DNA of 43,273 nucleotides from an uncultured Gammaproteobacteria bacterium (GCA_964598275.1 CAZRAZ010000002.1:4018-47290), one strand, 5' to 3'; counted from the stretch's first letter, positions 7,370-16,821 are shown. Notes: generated from the letters alone by a model not told the origin. Translations and numbers: made by a program.

Positions 7370-8653
7370 TTAATATGATAACTTATCGTAGTTGTGAGTT
7401 TGAACAATGTTTTCTATTCTTCGACTAAGTTCGACAACAACAGAGACAACAATTAAGATGCTGGTGCCACCGACAGTAAGGGTGGAAATATTGGTAACTT
7501 TTTGGATAAGGGAGGGGGTAACAGCAATTAAGGCTAAAAAGAAGGCGCCGATAACCACTACCCGATTTAGAAGATAGTGTAAACGTTTTTCGGTGGCAAG
7601 ACCGGGACGAATGCCGGGGATAAAGCCACCTGACTGGCGAAGCTGATCGGCAATATCTTTTGGTTTAAAAACAACGGAAGTATAGAAAAAGGTAAAGGCC
7701 ATAACCAAGAAAAAGTAAAAAACGATGTAAACGGAGCTTTCGGGCTGAAAGTAACGGCTAATAAAGCCGGCTATGGCGGAAATAGTCGGCTCCCGAACCT
7801 TGACTAAAAACTGAGAAATAAGAGAGGGGACGGTAGCCAGAGAGACAGCAAAAATAATGGGCATGACGCCGGCGGTGTTAATTTTTAGGGGTAAAAAGGT
7901 GGTTTGGGCTCTTCTGGCATAGTGAATGGGAATTCTTAAAACCGCTTCTTCGACAAAAATAATAGCAAGAATAACTAAAAAAGCCAGAGTAAGAAGAATC
8001 AAGAGATTTAATTTGGTTTGAGGTTGACTAAAATCACTGACGGCAAAGGTTTGAATAAGGCTAATTGGCAGACGGGATATGATGCCGGCAAAAATGATCA
8101 TGGAGACACCGTTACCGATGCCATAATTGTCAATTAGTTGACCAAAAAAAATCATGATCATGGTACCAGCGACCATAGTACAGATTAGACTGATTAAAAT
8201 TAAAGGGGACAAAGAATCGATAATGCCCTGCGAACGTAAGATGCTATACATGCCAAATGATTGAACAAGAGCAATAGGAATGGTGGCCAGGTGAGTGTAT
8301 TGATTGATTTTGGCGCGACCATATTCGCCTTCTTTGTTTAGTTCTTCCAGAGCGGGAACGACCATGGTTAAAAGCTGGAACATGACCGAGGCGTTAATGT
8401 AGGGAGCCAAACCAAGGGCGACAATGGAAAAATTAGCCAAAGTACCACCGGAAAACATATCGAGAAGAGAGAGAAGCTGGTTTTGAGAAAAAAACCGGCT
8501 TAAAAGATTTAGATTAACGCCGGGAACCGGAATGTGAGCCAGAAGACGAAAAATCACCAGGACCAGAAGAGTAAAAAATAGTTTTTTTCTTAAAAGCGGA
8601 GTTTTTAAACCCTGAAGATAAATTACCGAAGCTTGACGAATCTGATTCATCAT
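7370..8653 (-). CDS. secY: Preprotein translocase subunit SecY
   Basis: 10-TM-like hydrophobic protein, ...[27 protein letters not shown]... It follows rplO with overlapping start and stop codons. Confidence 0.95.
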   Translation of the reverse strand: MMNQIRQASVIYLQGLKTPLLRKKLFFTLLVLVIFRLLAHIPVPGVNLNLLSRFFSQNQLLSLLDMFSGGTLANFSIVALGLAPYINASVMFQLLTMVVPALEELNKEGEYGRAKINQYTHLATIPIALVQSFGMYSILRSQGIIDSLSPLILISLICTMVAGTMIMIFFGQLIDNYGIGNGVSMIIFAGIISRLPISLIQTFAVSDFSQPQTKLNLLILLTLAFLVILAIIFVEEAVLRIPIHYARRAQTTFLPLKINTAGVMPIIFAVSLATVPSLISQFLVKVREPTISAIAGFISRYFQPESSVYIVFYFFLVMAFTFFYTSVVFKPKDIADQLRQSGGFIPGIRPGLATEKRLHYLLNRVVVIGAFFLALIAVTPSLIQKVTNISTLTVGGTSILIVVSVVVELSRRIENIVQTHNYDKLSY

Positions 8654-9102
8654 TGATCGACCTTACCTCCTGCCTTGACTATTTTTTGAATGGCAAGTTG
8701 ACTTAAAGAAATTTTTTTGACGATGAGAGGTTTGGTAATTTTACCCCCGGAAAGAATTTTTAGAGATAGTTTTATTTTTGAGGGAGAAAGGTTTAGTTTT
8801 TTGGCTAAACTTTGAGGAGTAACGATGTCGTTTTTGGCAAACAGGGAATCGAGCCGGGAAAGGGTGATAAGAAGCGGGGTTTTTTTGGGTAAAAGACGGT
8901 GCTTACCTCTTAAGAATGGGGTTCTTTTTATCCATGACTTTTTTATTTTGGAACCATCAAAGGTGATTTTGGTTTTGCCTCTGGCTTTGTCACCTTTGGC
9001 CCCACGACCGCTGGTATGACCACCCAAACCGGAACCATAACCACGACCGGGGCGTTTTTTACTTTTGGCAACAAGCGGATTAAGGTTACTTAGGATATTC
9101 AT
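8650..9102 (-). CDS. rplO: 50S ribosomal protein L15
   Basis: [37 protein letters not shown]. Start at ATG 9100-9102, overlapping the rpsE stop as ATGA (tcat at 9099-9102). Confidence 0.92.
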   Translation of the reverse strand: MNILSNLNPLVAKSKKRPGRGYGSGLGGHTSGRGAKGDKARGKTKITFDGSKIKKSWIKRTPFLRGKHRLLPKKTPLLITLSRLDSLFAKNDIVTPQSLAKKLNLSPSKIKLSLKILSGGKITKPLIVKKISLSQLAIQKIVKAGGKVDQ

Positions 9103-9569
9103 TTTTTGGCAATAAGGACCAGAGCCTTGAAAGCGGCCCAAACATTAATTGATTTATTTTTTGAACCAATAATTTTGCTAACAATGTTTTTGATACCTGA
9201 AAGTTCAGCAACGGCACGAACTGATCCGCCGGCGATAAGGCCGGAGCCGGGTTTACCCGGACGAAGAAGCAAGAGAGCCCCTTTGAATTTGTATTTAATG
9301 GATGAGGGAATGGTGTCGTTTGTTAAATTAAGAGTGATTAAAGATTTACGGCCACGACTGATGGCTTTTTTGATGGCATCAGAAACATTTTTGGCTTTGC
9401 CCAAACCAACGCCGACACGATTTTTTTTGTCGCCGGTAACCACCAGAGCAGTAAAGGAAACTTGATTACCACCCTTGGTTTTTTTTGAAACCCGCTTGAT
9501 TTGAACAACTTTGTCTTCAAACTCTTCGATGACTTTTTCAAATTTTTGGTTTTGATGAGGCTGATTCAT
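9099..9569 (-). CDS. rpsE: 30S ribosomal protein S5
   Basis: VVQIKRVSKKTKGGNQVSFTALVVTGDKKNRVGVGLGKAKNVSDAIKKA. Confidence 0.94.
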   Translation of the reverse strand: MNQPHQNQKFEKVIEEFEDKVVQIKRVSKKTKGGNQVSFTALVVTGDKKNRVGVGLGKAKNVSDAIKKAISRGRKSLITLNLTNDTIPSSIKYKFKGALLLLRPGKPGSGLIAGGSVRAVAELSGIKNIVSKIIGSKNKSINVWAAFKALVLIAKK

Positions 9570-9577
9570 ATCGTAGA

Positions 9578-9919
9578 TTAAAATTGTAAGCCTTGTTGAC
9601 GAGCTCCCTCGGCTAAAGACTTGACTCTACCATGGTAAAGATAGGGGCCGCGGTCGAATCTAATTTTTTTAATGTTGACTTTGAGGCATTTTTGGGCAAT
9701 GTTGGCACCGACAGCGGCGGCTTGTTGCATCTTAGGACCCTTGGTTTTTAGCTCTTTGCTGGAGGAAGAAACAAGAGTACGACCATGCTTGTCATCGATG
9801 ACTTGAACCCAAATATGAAAATTGGAACGAAAAACACTTAAGCGGGGAAGACCTTTGTTTTGAGCCAGTTTAGATCTGACTCTTAGACTTCTTTTACTTT
9901 TTTTGTTTTGCTTAATCAT
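9578..9919 (-). CDS. rplR: 50S ribosomal protein L18
   Basis: PRLSVFRSNFHIWVQVIDDKHGRTLVSSSS...FDRGPYLYHGRVKSLAEGARQQGLQF. Confidence 0.94.
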   Translation of the reverse strand: MIKQNKKSKRSLRVRSKLAQNKGLPRLSVFRSNFHIWVQVIDDKHGRTLVSSSSKELKTKGPKMQQAAAVGANIAQKCLKVNIKKIRFDRGPYLYHGRVKSLAEGARQQGLQF

Positions 9920-9922
9920 GGT

Positions 9923-10468
9923 TTAGCTTTCGGTTTTGGCGGCCTTGCCTGGTTTAATTTTAATATATTCATCGGCATAACGGACACCTTTGCCCTGATA
10001 AGGTTCGGGTTTTCTGATTTTTCGGATATTACTGGCTAACTGGCCAACATGGATTTTGTTGGCTCCGGAAATTTTCAATTTAGTTTCGGCGTCAACGACA
10101 ACAGTAATACCTTCGGGGATATCAACTTCGACAGGATGAATAAAACCCAAGCTGAGGACTAATTTGTTTCCGGAGATAACAGCTTTGTAACCGGTGCCCC
10201 TGATCTCTAGATCTTTGGACCAAGGATTTTGAACACCCTCTACCATATTACTGATCAGAGCTCTAATAGTACCGTGGTTTGATTTGGTTTTTTTGTCGGT
10301 AGAAAGAGGATAGACCATGATTTGATCTTTTACTTTTTCTACTTTTATTTTGACGGGCAAGCTTAAAGATAGCTGACCCTGGGGACCGGAAATTTTGACG
10401 ATACCTTCGGCTTGACTATAAGTGACCGTGTCGGGAATAGTGATGGGCATTTTGCCGATTTTTGACAT
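9923..10468 (-). CDS. rplF: 50S ribosomal protein L6
   Basis: MSKIGKMPITIPDTV...LEIRGTGYKAV...GFIHPVEV...PEPYQGKGVRYADE. Confidence 0.94.
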   Translation of the reverse strand: MSKIGKMPITIPDTVTYSQAEGIVKISGPQGQLSLSLPVKIKVEKVKDQIMVYPLSTDKKTKSNHGTIRALISNMVEGVQNPWSKDLEIRGTGYKAVISGNKLVLSLGFIHPVEVDIPEGITVVVDAETKLKISGANKIHVGQLASNIRKIRKPEPYQGKGVRYADEYIKIKPGKAAKTES

Positions 10469-10473
10469 GTTTT

Positions 10474-10863
10474 TTAGTTAATCTGGGTGATAATTTCTCC
10501 GCCGATATTTTGCTTGACAGCTTGAGGGCAGGACAAAAGACCTTTGGAGGTAGAAATAATAATTAAGGATTGTTTGGAATCACCCCAAGGCAAAGAAGTG
10601 GCTTTTTGATACCAACGACGACCCGGTTTAGAAAAAATTTTAATAGTTTTAATCAGAGGAGACCGATTGGCGTAGGCCAGTTTGACAGTAATGGTCTTTT
10701 TGGTATCACCAGCAACTGAATAATCGGTAATCAAGCCGTGTTTTTTAAGAATTTTGGCTAGATCTAGGCAAAAATTAGAATAGGGAGCAACCAAGGTTGG
10801 CCGGTGAGCCAGGGAAGCATTTTTGATTCTGATTAAGAAGTCTATTGAGGTTGAATATAACAT
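10474..10863 (-). CDS. rpsH: 30S ribosomal protein S8
   Basis: MLYSTSIDFLIRIKNASLA... I prefer ATG 10861-10863, 5 nt after the rpsN stop. The ORF-track start at 10875 is a TTG inside rpsN. Confidence 0.9.
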   Translation of the reverse strand: MLYSTSIDFLIRIKNASLAHRPTLVAPYSNFCLDLAKILKKHGLITDYSVAGDTKKTITVKLAYANRSPLIKTIKIFSKPGRRWYQKATSLPWGDSKQSLIIISTSKGLLSCPQAVKQNIGGEIITQIN

Positions 10864-10868
10864 GTTTT

Positions 10869-11054
10869 TTACCAACTGGCCTTTTTAACTCCAGGCAGTG
10901 ATCCTGTTTGGGCTAGGCGACGAAAACAAAGACGACAAAGACCAAAAAAACGGATAAAACCACGAGGTCTGCCACAAATCTGACAACGATGGTGATAACG
11001 GACAGAGTATTTTAGTTTTTTTGTCTCTCTGACGATTTTTGCTTTGTTAGCCAT
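10869..11054 (-). CDS. rpsN: 30S ribosomal protein S14, type Z (61 aa, Zn-binding)
   Basis: CQICGRPRGFIRFFGLCRLCFRRLA carries the CxxC...CxxC pattern and the short length is typical of type Z. Confidence 0.93.
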   Translation of the reverse strand: MANKAKIVRETKKLKYSVRYHHRCQICGRPRGFIRFFGLCRLCFRRLAQTGSLPGVKKASW

Positions 11055-11058
11055 ATTT

Positions 11059-11592
11059 TTATTTTTTTGTAAAAGGAAAACCTAAGGCGGATAATAACAT
11101 TTTCGATTCTGCTTTTGAAGAAGAGTTTATATTTAAAGTAATCTGGACGGAACGGATTTGAGTGATGTTGTCCAGACCGACTTCGGGAAAATAGGTTTGA
11201 TCTTTGATAACAAAGTTATAGTTGCCCTGGGCATCAAAGGAGTCGACTGATAGGCCCTGAAAATCGCGTAAACGAGGCAGGACTATGTTGAAAAGCTTTT
11301 CAACAAAATCATACATTTTTTGACGGCGAAGAGTGACCTTGTAGGCAAGAGGTTCACCGGCTCGAAGTTTAAAGCTGGCAACAGACTTTTTGGCACGACA
11401 AAGACGAGGTTTTTGACCGGTGATGTCGGTAATTTCTTTTTGGGCGGAATCAAGTTGTTGTTGGTTATCTTTTGACTGGGAGCAACGATAGTTGATAACC
11501 ACCTTTTGAAGACGAGGCAGAGACATGGGGTTTCTTTTTGGACCTAAACTTTCCAGAAGTTGTTTTTTGGCAATAAGGGCGATGTTAGACAT
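11059..11592 (-). CDS. rplE: 50S ribosomal protein L5
   Basis: NPMSLPRLQKVVINYRC...FRLRDFQGLS...GNYNFVIKDQTYFPEV. Confidence 0.93.
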   Translation of the reverse strand: MSNIALIAKKQLLESLGPKRNPMSLPRLQKVVINYRCSQSKDNQQQLDSAQKEITDITGQKPRLCRAKKSVASFKLRAGEPLAYKVTLRRQKMYDFVEKLFNIVLPRLRDFQGLSVDSFDAQGNYNFVIKDQTYFPEVGLDNITQIRSVQITLNINSSSKAESKMLLSALGFPFTKK

Positions 11593-11595
11593 GGT

Positions 11596-11922
11596 TTATG
11601 CTTTGGCCGGAGAAGAAGTAATAAGAGAGTTACATTTTTTGCAGAGTCGATATTTTTGGCCTGATTTATCAATTTTGTAAGCTACTCTGGTAGTTTTTTG
11701 ACAATTGGGACAGACTAAGGCCAGCTTAGAAACAAAAATGGAGGCTTCTTTTTCGATAATACCGCCGGACTGGTTTTTAGAGGCTTTAAGATGTTTTTTG
11801 AACATATTTAAACCCTTAACAAGGATTTTTCCTTTTTTGGGAAAACAGGCGAGAACTTGGCCGATACGACCGTTATCTTTACCGATTAATATTTTCACCT
11901 GATCACCTTTTAATATTTTCAT
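11596..11922 (-). CDS. rplX: 50S ribosomal protein L24 carrying a CxxC...CxxC motif
   Basis: MKILKGDQVKILIGKDNGRIGQV (KOW motif). ATG 11920-11922 shares one base with the rplN TGA (TGATG). Cys residues at 71, 74, 94 and 97. Confidence 0.9.
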   Translation of the reverse strand: MKILKGDQVKILIGKDNGRIGQVLACFPKKGKILVKGLNMFKKHLKASKNQSGGIIEKEASIFVSKLALVCPNCQKTTRVAYKIDKSGQKYRLCKKCNSLITSSPAKA

Positions 11923-12290
11923 CAATAGACCTCCTTGGTTAAGGATACAATTTGAGTGTAGCCAAGTGTTTTGATTTCGCGGGCAATTGGGCCAAAAATA
12001 CGGCTACCACGAGGATTGTTTTGAGCGTCAATAACAACACCGGCGTTGTCTGAAAAACGGATATGCGAACCGTCGGCTCGGCTAATTTCTTTTTTGGTGC
12101 GAACCAGGAGCATTCTGACTTTATCTTTTTTGGCAACGGCGCTGTTGGGAGCGGCCTCTTTGACGGCGGCCAAAACAATGTCGCCAATGCCAGCGCTTTT
12201 GTGTTTGGAACCCGTGTAGATTTGGATTATCTGGACTCTTTTAGCGCCGCTATTGTCAGCCGGTTTGATAATGCTTCTTAATTGAACCAT
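11922..12290 (-). CDS. rplN: 50S ribosomal protein L14
   Basis: MVQLRSIIKPADNSGAKRVQIIQI...GSHIRFSDNAGVVID. Confidence 0.95.
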   Translation of the reverse strand: MVQLRSIIKPADNSGAKRVQIIQIYTGSKHKSAGIGDIVLAAVKEAAPNSAVAKKDKVRMLLVRTKKEISRADGSHIRFSDNAGVVIDAQNNPRGSRIFGPIAREIKTLGYTQIVSLTKEVY

Positions 12291-12293
12291 CTT

Positions 12294-12554
12294 TTATTTA
12301 ATAATTTCTAAAGTAGTAAATGTTTTTCGTTTACTTTTTGGTTTGCACTCGGCTACTTTAACCATATCCCCCACTTTGGCAGATAAGTTGTTGTCAACCA
12401 AAATTTTTTTGGTTTTTTTGACAATTTTTCGGTAGACGGGGTGAATACTCTTGTAGCTTAGCAAAACCGTTAAGGTGTGTTGCATTTTATCAGAAATTAC
12501 CTGTCCAATAAAGGTTTTGGCTGATTTTGGGTCGGTTTTTTTAATTTTTTTCAT
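12294..12554 (-). CDS. rpsQ: 30S ribosomal protein S17
   Basis: FIGQVISDKMQHTLTVLL...HPVYRKIVKKTKKILVDN...VGDMVKVAECKP. Confidence 0.92.
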   Translation of the reverse strand: MKKIKKTDPKSAKTFIGQVISDKMQHTLTVLLSYKSIHPVYRKIVKKTKKILVDNNLSAKVGDMVKVAECKPKSKRKTFTTLEIIK

Positions 12555-12747
12555 TTTGTTTTTGGGAAATAATGGTTAACACCAGAGCCATTTCATATTT
12601 TAATTTTTTGAAGATTGAGGAGTCTTTGAGTTGGCCGTTGCCGTGTTTGATGCGGGATTCGACCAGTTTTTTCCGGGCTGAAACAAGAAGAGTATTTAAC
12701 TCGGAAATGGTTTTTTGATGGTATCCGATTTTGTCTGATTTTTTCAT
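12541..12747 (-). CDS. rpmC: 50S ribosomal protein L29
   Basis: Small helical protein (68 aa) between rplP and rpsQ: ELNTLLVSARKKLVESRIKHGNGQLKD. Confidence 0.88.
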   Translation of the reverse strand: MKKSDKIGYHQKTISELNTLLVSARKKLVESRIKHGNGQLKDSSIFKKLKYEMALVLTIISQKQNEKN

Positions 12748-13148
12748 TTTTTTTCTATAATTTTTGTTTTTATCGGCAACTTAGAAGCGGCGATTTTCAG
12801 AGCTTCGCGTGATTGCTCTTGAGAGATACCGCCGATTTCGAACATAACCCGACCGGGCTTAACCACGCAAACATAACCGGTAACATCTCCTTTACCGGCA
12901 CCCAAGGGAGAACCGGCACCTTTTTGGGTAATTGGTTTGTCGGGAAAAAGACGAACCCAAACGTGACCACCTCTTTTGATATGATGACTAATGGCTCGTC
13001 GGGCTGATTCGATTTGATTGGCAGTAACCCAAGTACACTCAAGCGCTTTGAGACCATATTCGCCGAAAGAAACCAGGTTGCCTTTTGAAAGGCCACGCAT
13101 TTTACCCCTGAATTGTTTTCGATATTTGGTGCGTCCAGGTTGTAACAT
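12744..13148 (-). CDS. rplP: 50S ribosomal protein L16
   Basis: MLQPGRTKYRKQFRGKMRG...ANQIESARRAISHHIKRGGHVWVRLFPDKPIT. Confidence 0.95.
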   Translation of the reverse strand: MLQPGRTKYRKQFRGKMRGLSKGNLVSFGEYGLKALECTWVTANQIESARRAISHHIKRGGHVWVRLFPDKPITQKGAGSPLGAGKGDVTGYVCVVKPGRVMFEIGGISQEQSREALKIAASKLPIKTKIIEKK

Positions 13149-13154
13149 GGTAAG

Positions 13155-13793
13155 TTACTTTAAACATAAATAAACTTTTACGCCGATGTAGCCCGATCTG
13201 GTGGCTGAAGGACATTGATGATAATCAATTTGGGAGCGAATGGTGCTTAGGGGTACTTTGCCTTGAGAAAATTTTTCCCGACGGCTAATTTCGGCACCGT
13301 TGATACGGCCGGAAAGGATAATTTTGACACCCTTGGCTCCGGCGCTAATAGACCTTTCCATGGCACTATTAACAGCCCGACGATAAGGCATTCTTTTGCT
13401 CAACTGATAGGCAATTTTTTCGGCAATTAATTTGGCGGAGAGATCGACAGCTTTAAATTCTTCGACCTGAATATCGATTTCCTGTTTTGACTTAGCTCCA
13501 AGTATTTTTTGTAATTGTTTTTTGGTGTTATCCAGTTCTTTGCCCCCACGACCAATGGCTAAACCGGGGCGACTGACAATTAAGGTTATCTTGACTTTTT
13601 TACTGGAGCGGCTGATTCTGACCGAAACAATGCCGGCGGAATAGAGTTTATCCTGAAGATAGTCTCTGATCAATTTGTCTTGGAGCAGAAGACCGGGGTA
13701 ATCTTTTTTGCTGGCATACCAAGACGATTGCCACTCGGGACTAGAGTCAGTAGTCTCTAGTCTAAAGCTGATAGGATTTACTTTTTGACCCAT
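13155..13793 (-). CDS. rpsC: 30S ribosomal protein S3
   Basis: MGQKVNPISFRL...VSRPGLAIGRGGKELD (KH domain)...GRINGAEISRRE. Confidence 0.95.
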   Translation of the reverse strand: MGQKVNPISFRLETTDSSPEWQSSWYASKKDYPGLLLQDKLIRDYLQDKLYSAGIVSVRISRSSKKVKITLIVSRPGLAIGRGGKELDNTKKQLQKILGAKSKQEIDIQVEEFKAVDLSAKLIAEKIAYQLSKRMPYRRAVNSAMERSISAGAKGVKIILSGRINGAEISRREKFSQGKVPLSTIRSQIDYHQCPSATRSGYIGVKVYLCLK

Positions 13794-13798
13794 TTTAG

Positions 13799-14212
13799 TT
13801 AATTTTTATTTGATTCATTTTTAATGAGTAAATTGCCAATTAGAGAAACAGAAAAGTGACTGTGTCTTTTTTGGATAAGACCGCGAGCAAAACGGGAACC
13901 GTGAGATTTGTCCATTCTTTTGAATTTGGGACCATCGTTAACCGTGATTTTGCTAAAGATAAAAGTGCCGGGATCCAACTTGTGGTTGTTTTTGGCATCA
14001 GCAACAAGAGATTGGATGGCTTGATAAAGAAAGCGGGATTGGCGATTATTTTGAAACTTAAGCTGGGTGATGGCAGATTGAGGTTTTAATTTTTTGATAT
14101 CGGTGACTAAAAGGCGAAGCTTTCGTGGAGAAAGTTTGACATTTTTGTTGACATAGGTAACTGTTTTTGTCTGTGGAAGCGCAGTGGTGGTTTTGTTTGA
14201 GGTGGATGTCAT
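13799..14212 (-). CDS. rplV: 50S ribosomal protein L22 with an N-terminal extension
   Basis: VKLSPRKLRLLVTDIKKLKPQSAITQLKF...GPKFKRMDKSHGSRFARGLIQKRHSHFSV. Confidence 0.92.
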   Translation of the reverse strand: MTSTSNKTTTALPQTKTVTYVNKNVKLSPRKLRLLVTDIKKLKPQSAITQLKFQNNRQSRFLYQAIQSLVADAKNNHKLDPGTFIFSKITVNDGPKFKRMDKSHGSRFARGLIQKRHSHFSVSLIGNLLIKNESNKN

Positions 14213-14214
14213 TT

Positions 14215-14490
14215 TTATGTTTTTTCTAAAACCCGCTTAATAATACGACCGTGGCCTCTGAAGGTTCTGGTGGGAGAAAATTCACCAAGGCGATGACCAA
14301 CCATATCTTCGGTGATATAAACAGAAATAAAAATTTTGCCGTTGTGAACAGAAAAAGTTTTGCCAACAAATTCCGGAGGGATTTGACTATTTCTGGCATA
14401 GGTGACAATGGCTTTATTGTCTTTGTTAAGACCGACTTTTTTTAGTAATTTAGGATCAACGTAGGGTCCTTTTTTGGAACTGCGAGACAT
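14215..14490 (-). CDS. rpsS: 30S ribosomal protein S19
   Basis: [18 protein letters not shown]...[41 protein letters not shown]. Confidence 0.95.
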   Translation of the reverse strand: MSRSSKKGPYVDPKLLKKVGLNKDNKAIVTYARNSQIPPEFVGKTFSVHNGKIFISVYITEDMVGHRLGEFSPTRTFRGHGRIIKRVLEKT

Positions 14491-14510
14491 ACTTTATTAA
14501 TTTCTAATTT

Positions 14511-15251
14511 TTAATTTCTAATGATTAAGCGATTTGAAGCTTTCTTGCGCTTACGGGTAATTTTACCCATAGCCGGTCTGCCCCAAGGAGTTTTGGGATT
14601 CATACCAATGGAACTACGGCCTTCTCCTCCGCCGTGGGGATGGGAATCAGGATGTTGAGCGACACCTCTAACTGTGGGCCGAAAACCTCGGTGTCGACTA
14701 TCGCCGGCTTTTTTAAGTTTTTGGTTAAAGTGGTCGGGATTACCAACCTGACCAATGGTGGCTTGGCAATTTCCGTTGAAAAGTCTGATTTGACCTGAAG
14801 GTAATTTTACCACAGCTTTGTCTCCGTCGAGGCTTTGAATAAAAGCGGCAGAGCCGGCTGTTTTGACTATTTGAGCGCCTTTACCCGGAAAAAGCTCTAA
14901 AGCGTGAATAGCCAAACCAATGGGAATATTTTTTAGGGCAAGACAATTACCGTCTTTTATGGGGGCAGAATCTGAACTAACAAGCAGATCACCGATTTTA
15001 AGTTTGTCGGGGGCTAAAATGTATGATTTTGAGCCATTTTGATAAGAAAGGAGGGCAATATCGGCACTGCGGTTGGGATCATATTCAATAGCAATAACTT
15101 TGGCTGTTAAATCTTTTTGGGATCGACGCCAATCTATTATCCGCAAGTAGCGCTTGTGTTCACCGCCACGATGCCTGATGGAAACATGCCCTTGAGAGTC
15201 ACGACCGGAGTTCTTTTTTTTGATGGTTTTCAGGGGGTATTTTTTGGCCAT
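14511..15251 (-). CDS. rplB: 50S ribosomal protein L2 (short N-terminus, 246 aa)
   Basis: ...YDPNRSADIALL...RPTVRGVAQHPDSHPHGGGEGRS. The start abuts the rplW stop at 15252, so no upstream extension is possible. Confidence 0.94.
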   Translation of the reverse strand: MAKKYPLKTIKKKNSGRDSQGHVSIRHRGGEHKRYLRIIDWRRSQKDLTAKVIAIEYDPNRSADIALLSYQNGSKSYILAPDKLKIGDLLVSSDSAPIKDGNCLALKNIPIGLAIHALELFPGKGAQIVKTAGSAAFIQSLDGDKAVVKLPSGQIRLFNGNCQATIGQVGNPDHFNQKLKKAGDSRHRGFRPTVRGVAQHPDSHPHGGGEGRSSIGMNPKTPWGRPAMGKITRKRKKASNRLIIRN

Positions 15252-15554
15252 TTAGTTTTTGATGGATAAAATTTTTATTTTTTGATCAGAAGCAGTATAA
15301 ATAACAGCTTTTTTGCGATTAGGTTTTTGAATGGGAACTCTTTTTTTCCAATCGGTTTTTATTTTTCCCTTAACAACGGCGGTTTTGACATTGGTGGCCG
15401 GCACAGAAAAAAGGGTTTGGAAGGCAGATTTAATTTGATTTTTGTTAGCCTTGAGACTGACCCAGAAATGATAACGATTATTTTCTCTGTCGGCTAAAGC
15501 TTTTTCGGTAATCAGGGGTCTTAAAATGATGTGATTAAATTGCTGGTGGCTCAT
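15252..15554 (-). CDS. rplW: 50S ribosomal protein L23
   Basis: ILRPLITEKALADRENNRYHFWVSLKANKNQIKSAFQTLF. Confidence 0.92.
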   Translation of the reverse strand: MSHQQFNHIILRPLITEKALADRENNRYHFWVSLKANKNQIKSAFQTLFSVPATNVKTAVVKGKIKTDWKKRVPIQKPNRKKAVIYTASDQKIKILSIKN

Positions 15555-16192
15555 TTTTTTGAAGGTAAGTCTTTGATGGCTTTGACTGAAAAAATCAGAT
15601 GATTTTGCTTGGCCAATTGATAAGCGGACAAGGAGTTAAGATTGAGAATGGTAACAGAAGGAAGATTTTTGAAAGCTCTTTTGACCGAAACCAGAGAACG
15701 ACTGGTAATAATGGCCAGTTTTTTGCTATCGGTCATGTTTTTGTTATTGGTTTTCAATTTGTTAAGAAAAAAAGAGGCTGTTTTGGTTTTTGGTTGAAAT
15801 GAAGACAAACCTTTGACGGCAGTTATCTTTTGATCCAGAGCAAACTGGGAGAGGACTGATAAAAAAGCCCTTTTTTTCATTTTTTTGCTCATTTTAAGAT
15901 GATAGTTTTGTTGACCCCGAGGACCATGGGCAATACCACCACCGACAAAAATAGGGGCTTTGGCAGAACCATGTCTGGCCCGGCCGGTACCTTTTTGGGC
16001 CCACATTTTTTTAGTAGTACCATGGACTTCGGCCCGATTTTTAGTCATGGGGCGGGCCCGACGCTGATTATTAAGATAAGACCGAACCGATTGAGCGATC
16101 AAAGACAGAGAGATTTTTGCTTGAAAAATAGATGGAGGAAGAGCAAGACTGTTTATTTTTTCGGCATTGATATCAAAAACGGCTATTTTCAT
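15551..16192 (-). CDS. rplD: 50S ribosomal protein L4
   Basis: MKIAVFDINAEK...VHGTTKKMWAQKGTGRARHGSAKAPIFVGGGIAHGPR. Start at ATG 16190-16192 (M30 of the ORF-track ORF), one nt after the rplC stop. Confidence 0.92.
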   Translation of the reverse strand: MKIAVFDINAEKINSLALPPSIFQAKISLSLIAQSVRSYLNNQRRARPMTKNRAEVHGTTKKMWAQKGTGRARHGSAKAPIFVGGGIAHGPRGQQNYHLKMSKKMKKRAFLSVLSQFALDQKITAVKGLSSFQPKTKTASFFLNKLKTNNKNMTDSKKLAIITSRSLVSVKRAFKNLPSVTILNLNSLSAYQLAKQNHLIFSVKAIKDLPSKK

Positions 16193-16193
16193 A

Positions 16194-16814
16194 TTATTTT
16201 TGGGAAGAAAGAATAAGCCAGGAATTAAAATGCCCGGGAAGAGGACCGGCAAGACTGATCGTATTTTTATCGGTATCAATGGCGATAACTTTTAGATTTT
16301 TGATGGTTTTTTGAGTAACACCGTAATGACCCGGCATTTTTTTGCCCTTGATGACGCGACCGGGGGTTTGGGCTCCAATGGCACCGGGAGCGCGACCACG
16401 ATCAGATTCGCCACGACCGGGCTGACGATGAAAACCATGTCTTTTGATAACACCGGCAAAGCCATGACCTTTGGTAATCCCGGTAACAGTAATCTTGTCG
16501 CCGACGGAAAAGACAGCATCGATAGCAACAGATGAGGCAATTTGGGGTAGTTTGGCAGAAATGGGTTTAAATTCAATAAAACCCTTGGGGGTAATTTTAA
16601 GTTTAAGGTGTGAAAGTTTGGCAGAAACTGCATTTTTTTGACGATGACGATGGCCATAGGCAAACTGAATGGCTTGATAACCATCTTTTTTGATGTCTTT
16701 TATTTGGGTAACGGTTAAAGGCGGGCAAGAACAGGTGGTGACAGCCAGACGATGACCGGCAGTAGAAAAAATACTAGCCATATTTAGTTTTTTGACAATA
16801 AATCCTGAAATCAT
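16194..16814 (-). CDS. rplC: 50S ribosomal protein L3
   Basis: ...VTGITKGHGFAGVIKRHGFHRQPGRGESDRGRAPGAIGAQTPGRVIKGKKMPGHYG. Confidence 0.95.
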   Translation of the reverse strand: MISGFIVKKLNMASIFSTAGHRLAVTTCSCPPLTVTQIKDIKKDGYQAIQFAYGHRHRQKNAVSAKLSHLKLKITPKGFIEFKPISAKLPQIASSVAIDAVFSVGDKITVTGITKGHGFAGVIKRHGFHRQPGRGESDRGRAPGAIGAQTPGRVIKGKKMPGHYGVTQKTIKNLKVIAIDTDKNTISLAGPLPGHFNSWLILSSQK

Positions 16815-16821
16815 AGTAAGC

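Noticed and set aside
9106-9465. Antisense or alternative-frame ORFs nested in conserved genes (for example 9106-9465+, 12797-13096-, 16292-16684-, 18755-19156-, 20111-20494-, 27285-27722-, 30658-31005+)
   Set aside because: Each lies entirely within a strongly conserved r-protein, EF or RNAP gene. Their translations are low-complexity with no recognisable motifs. They are expected by chance in long stop-depleted frames.
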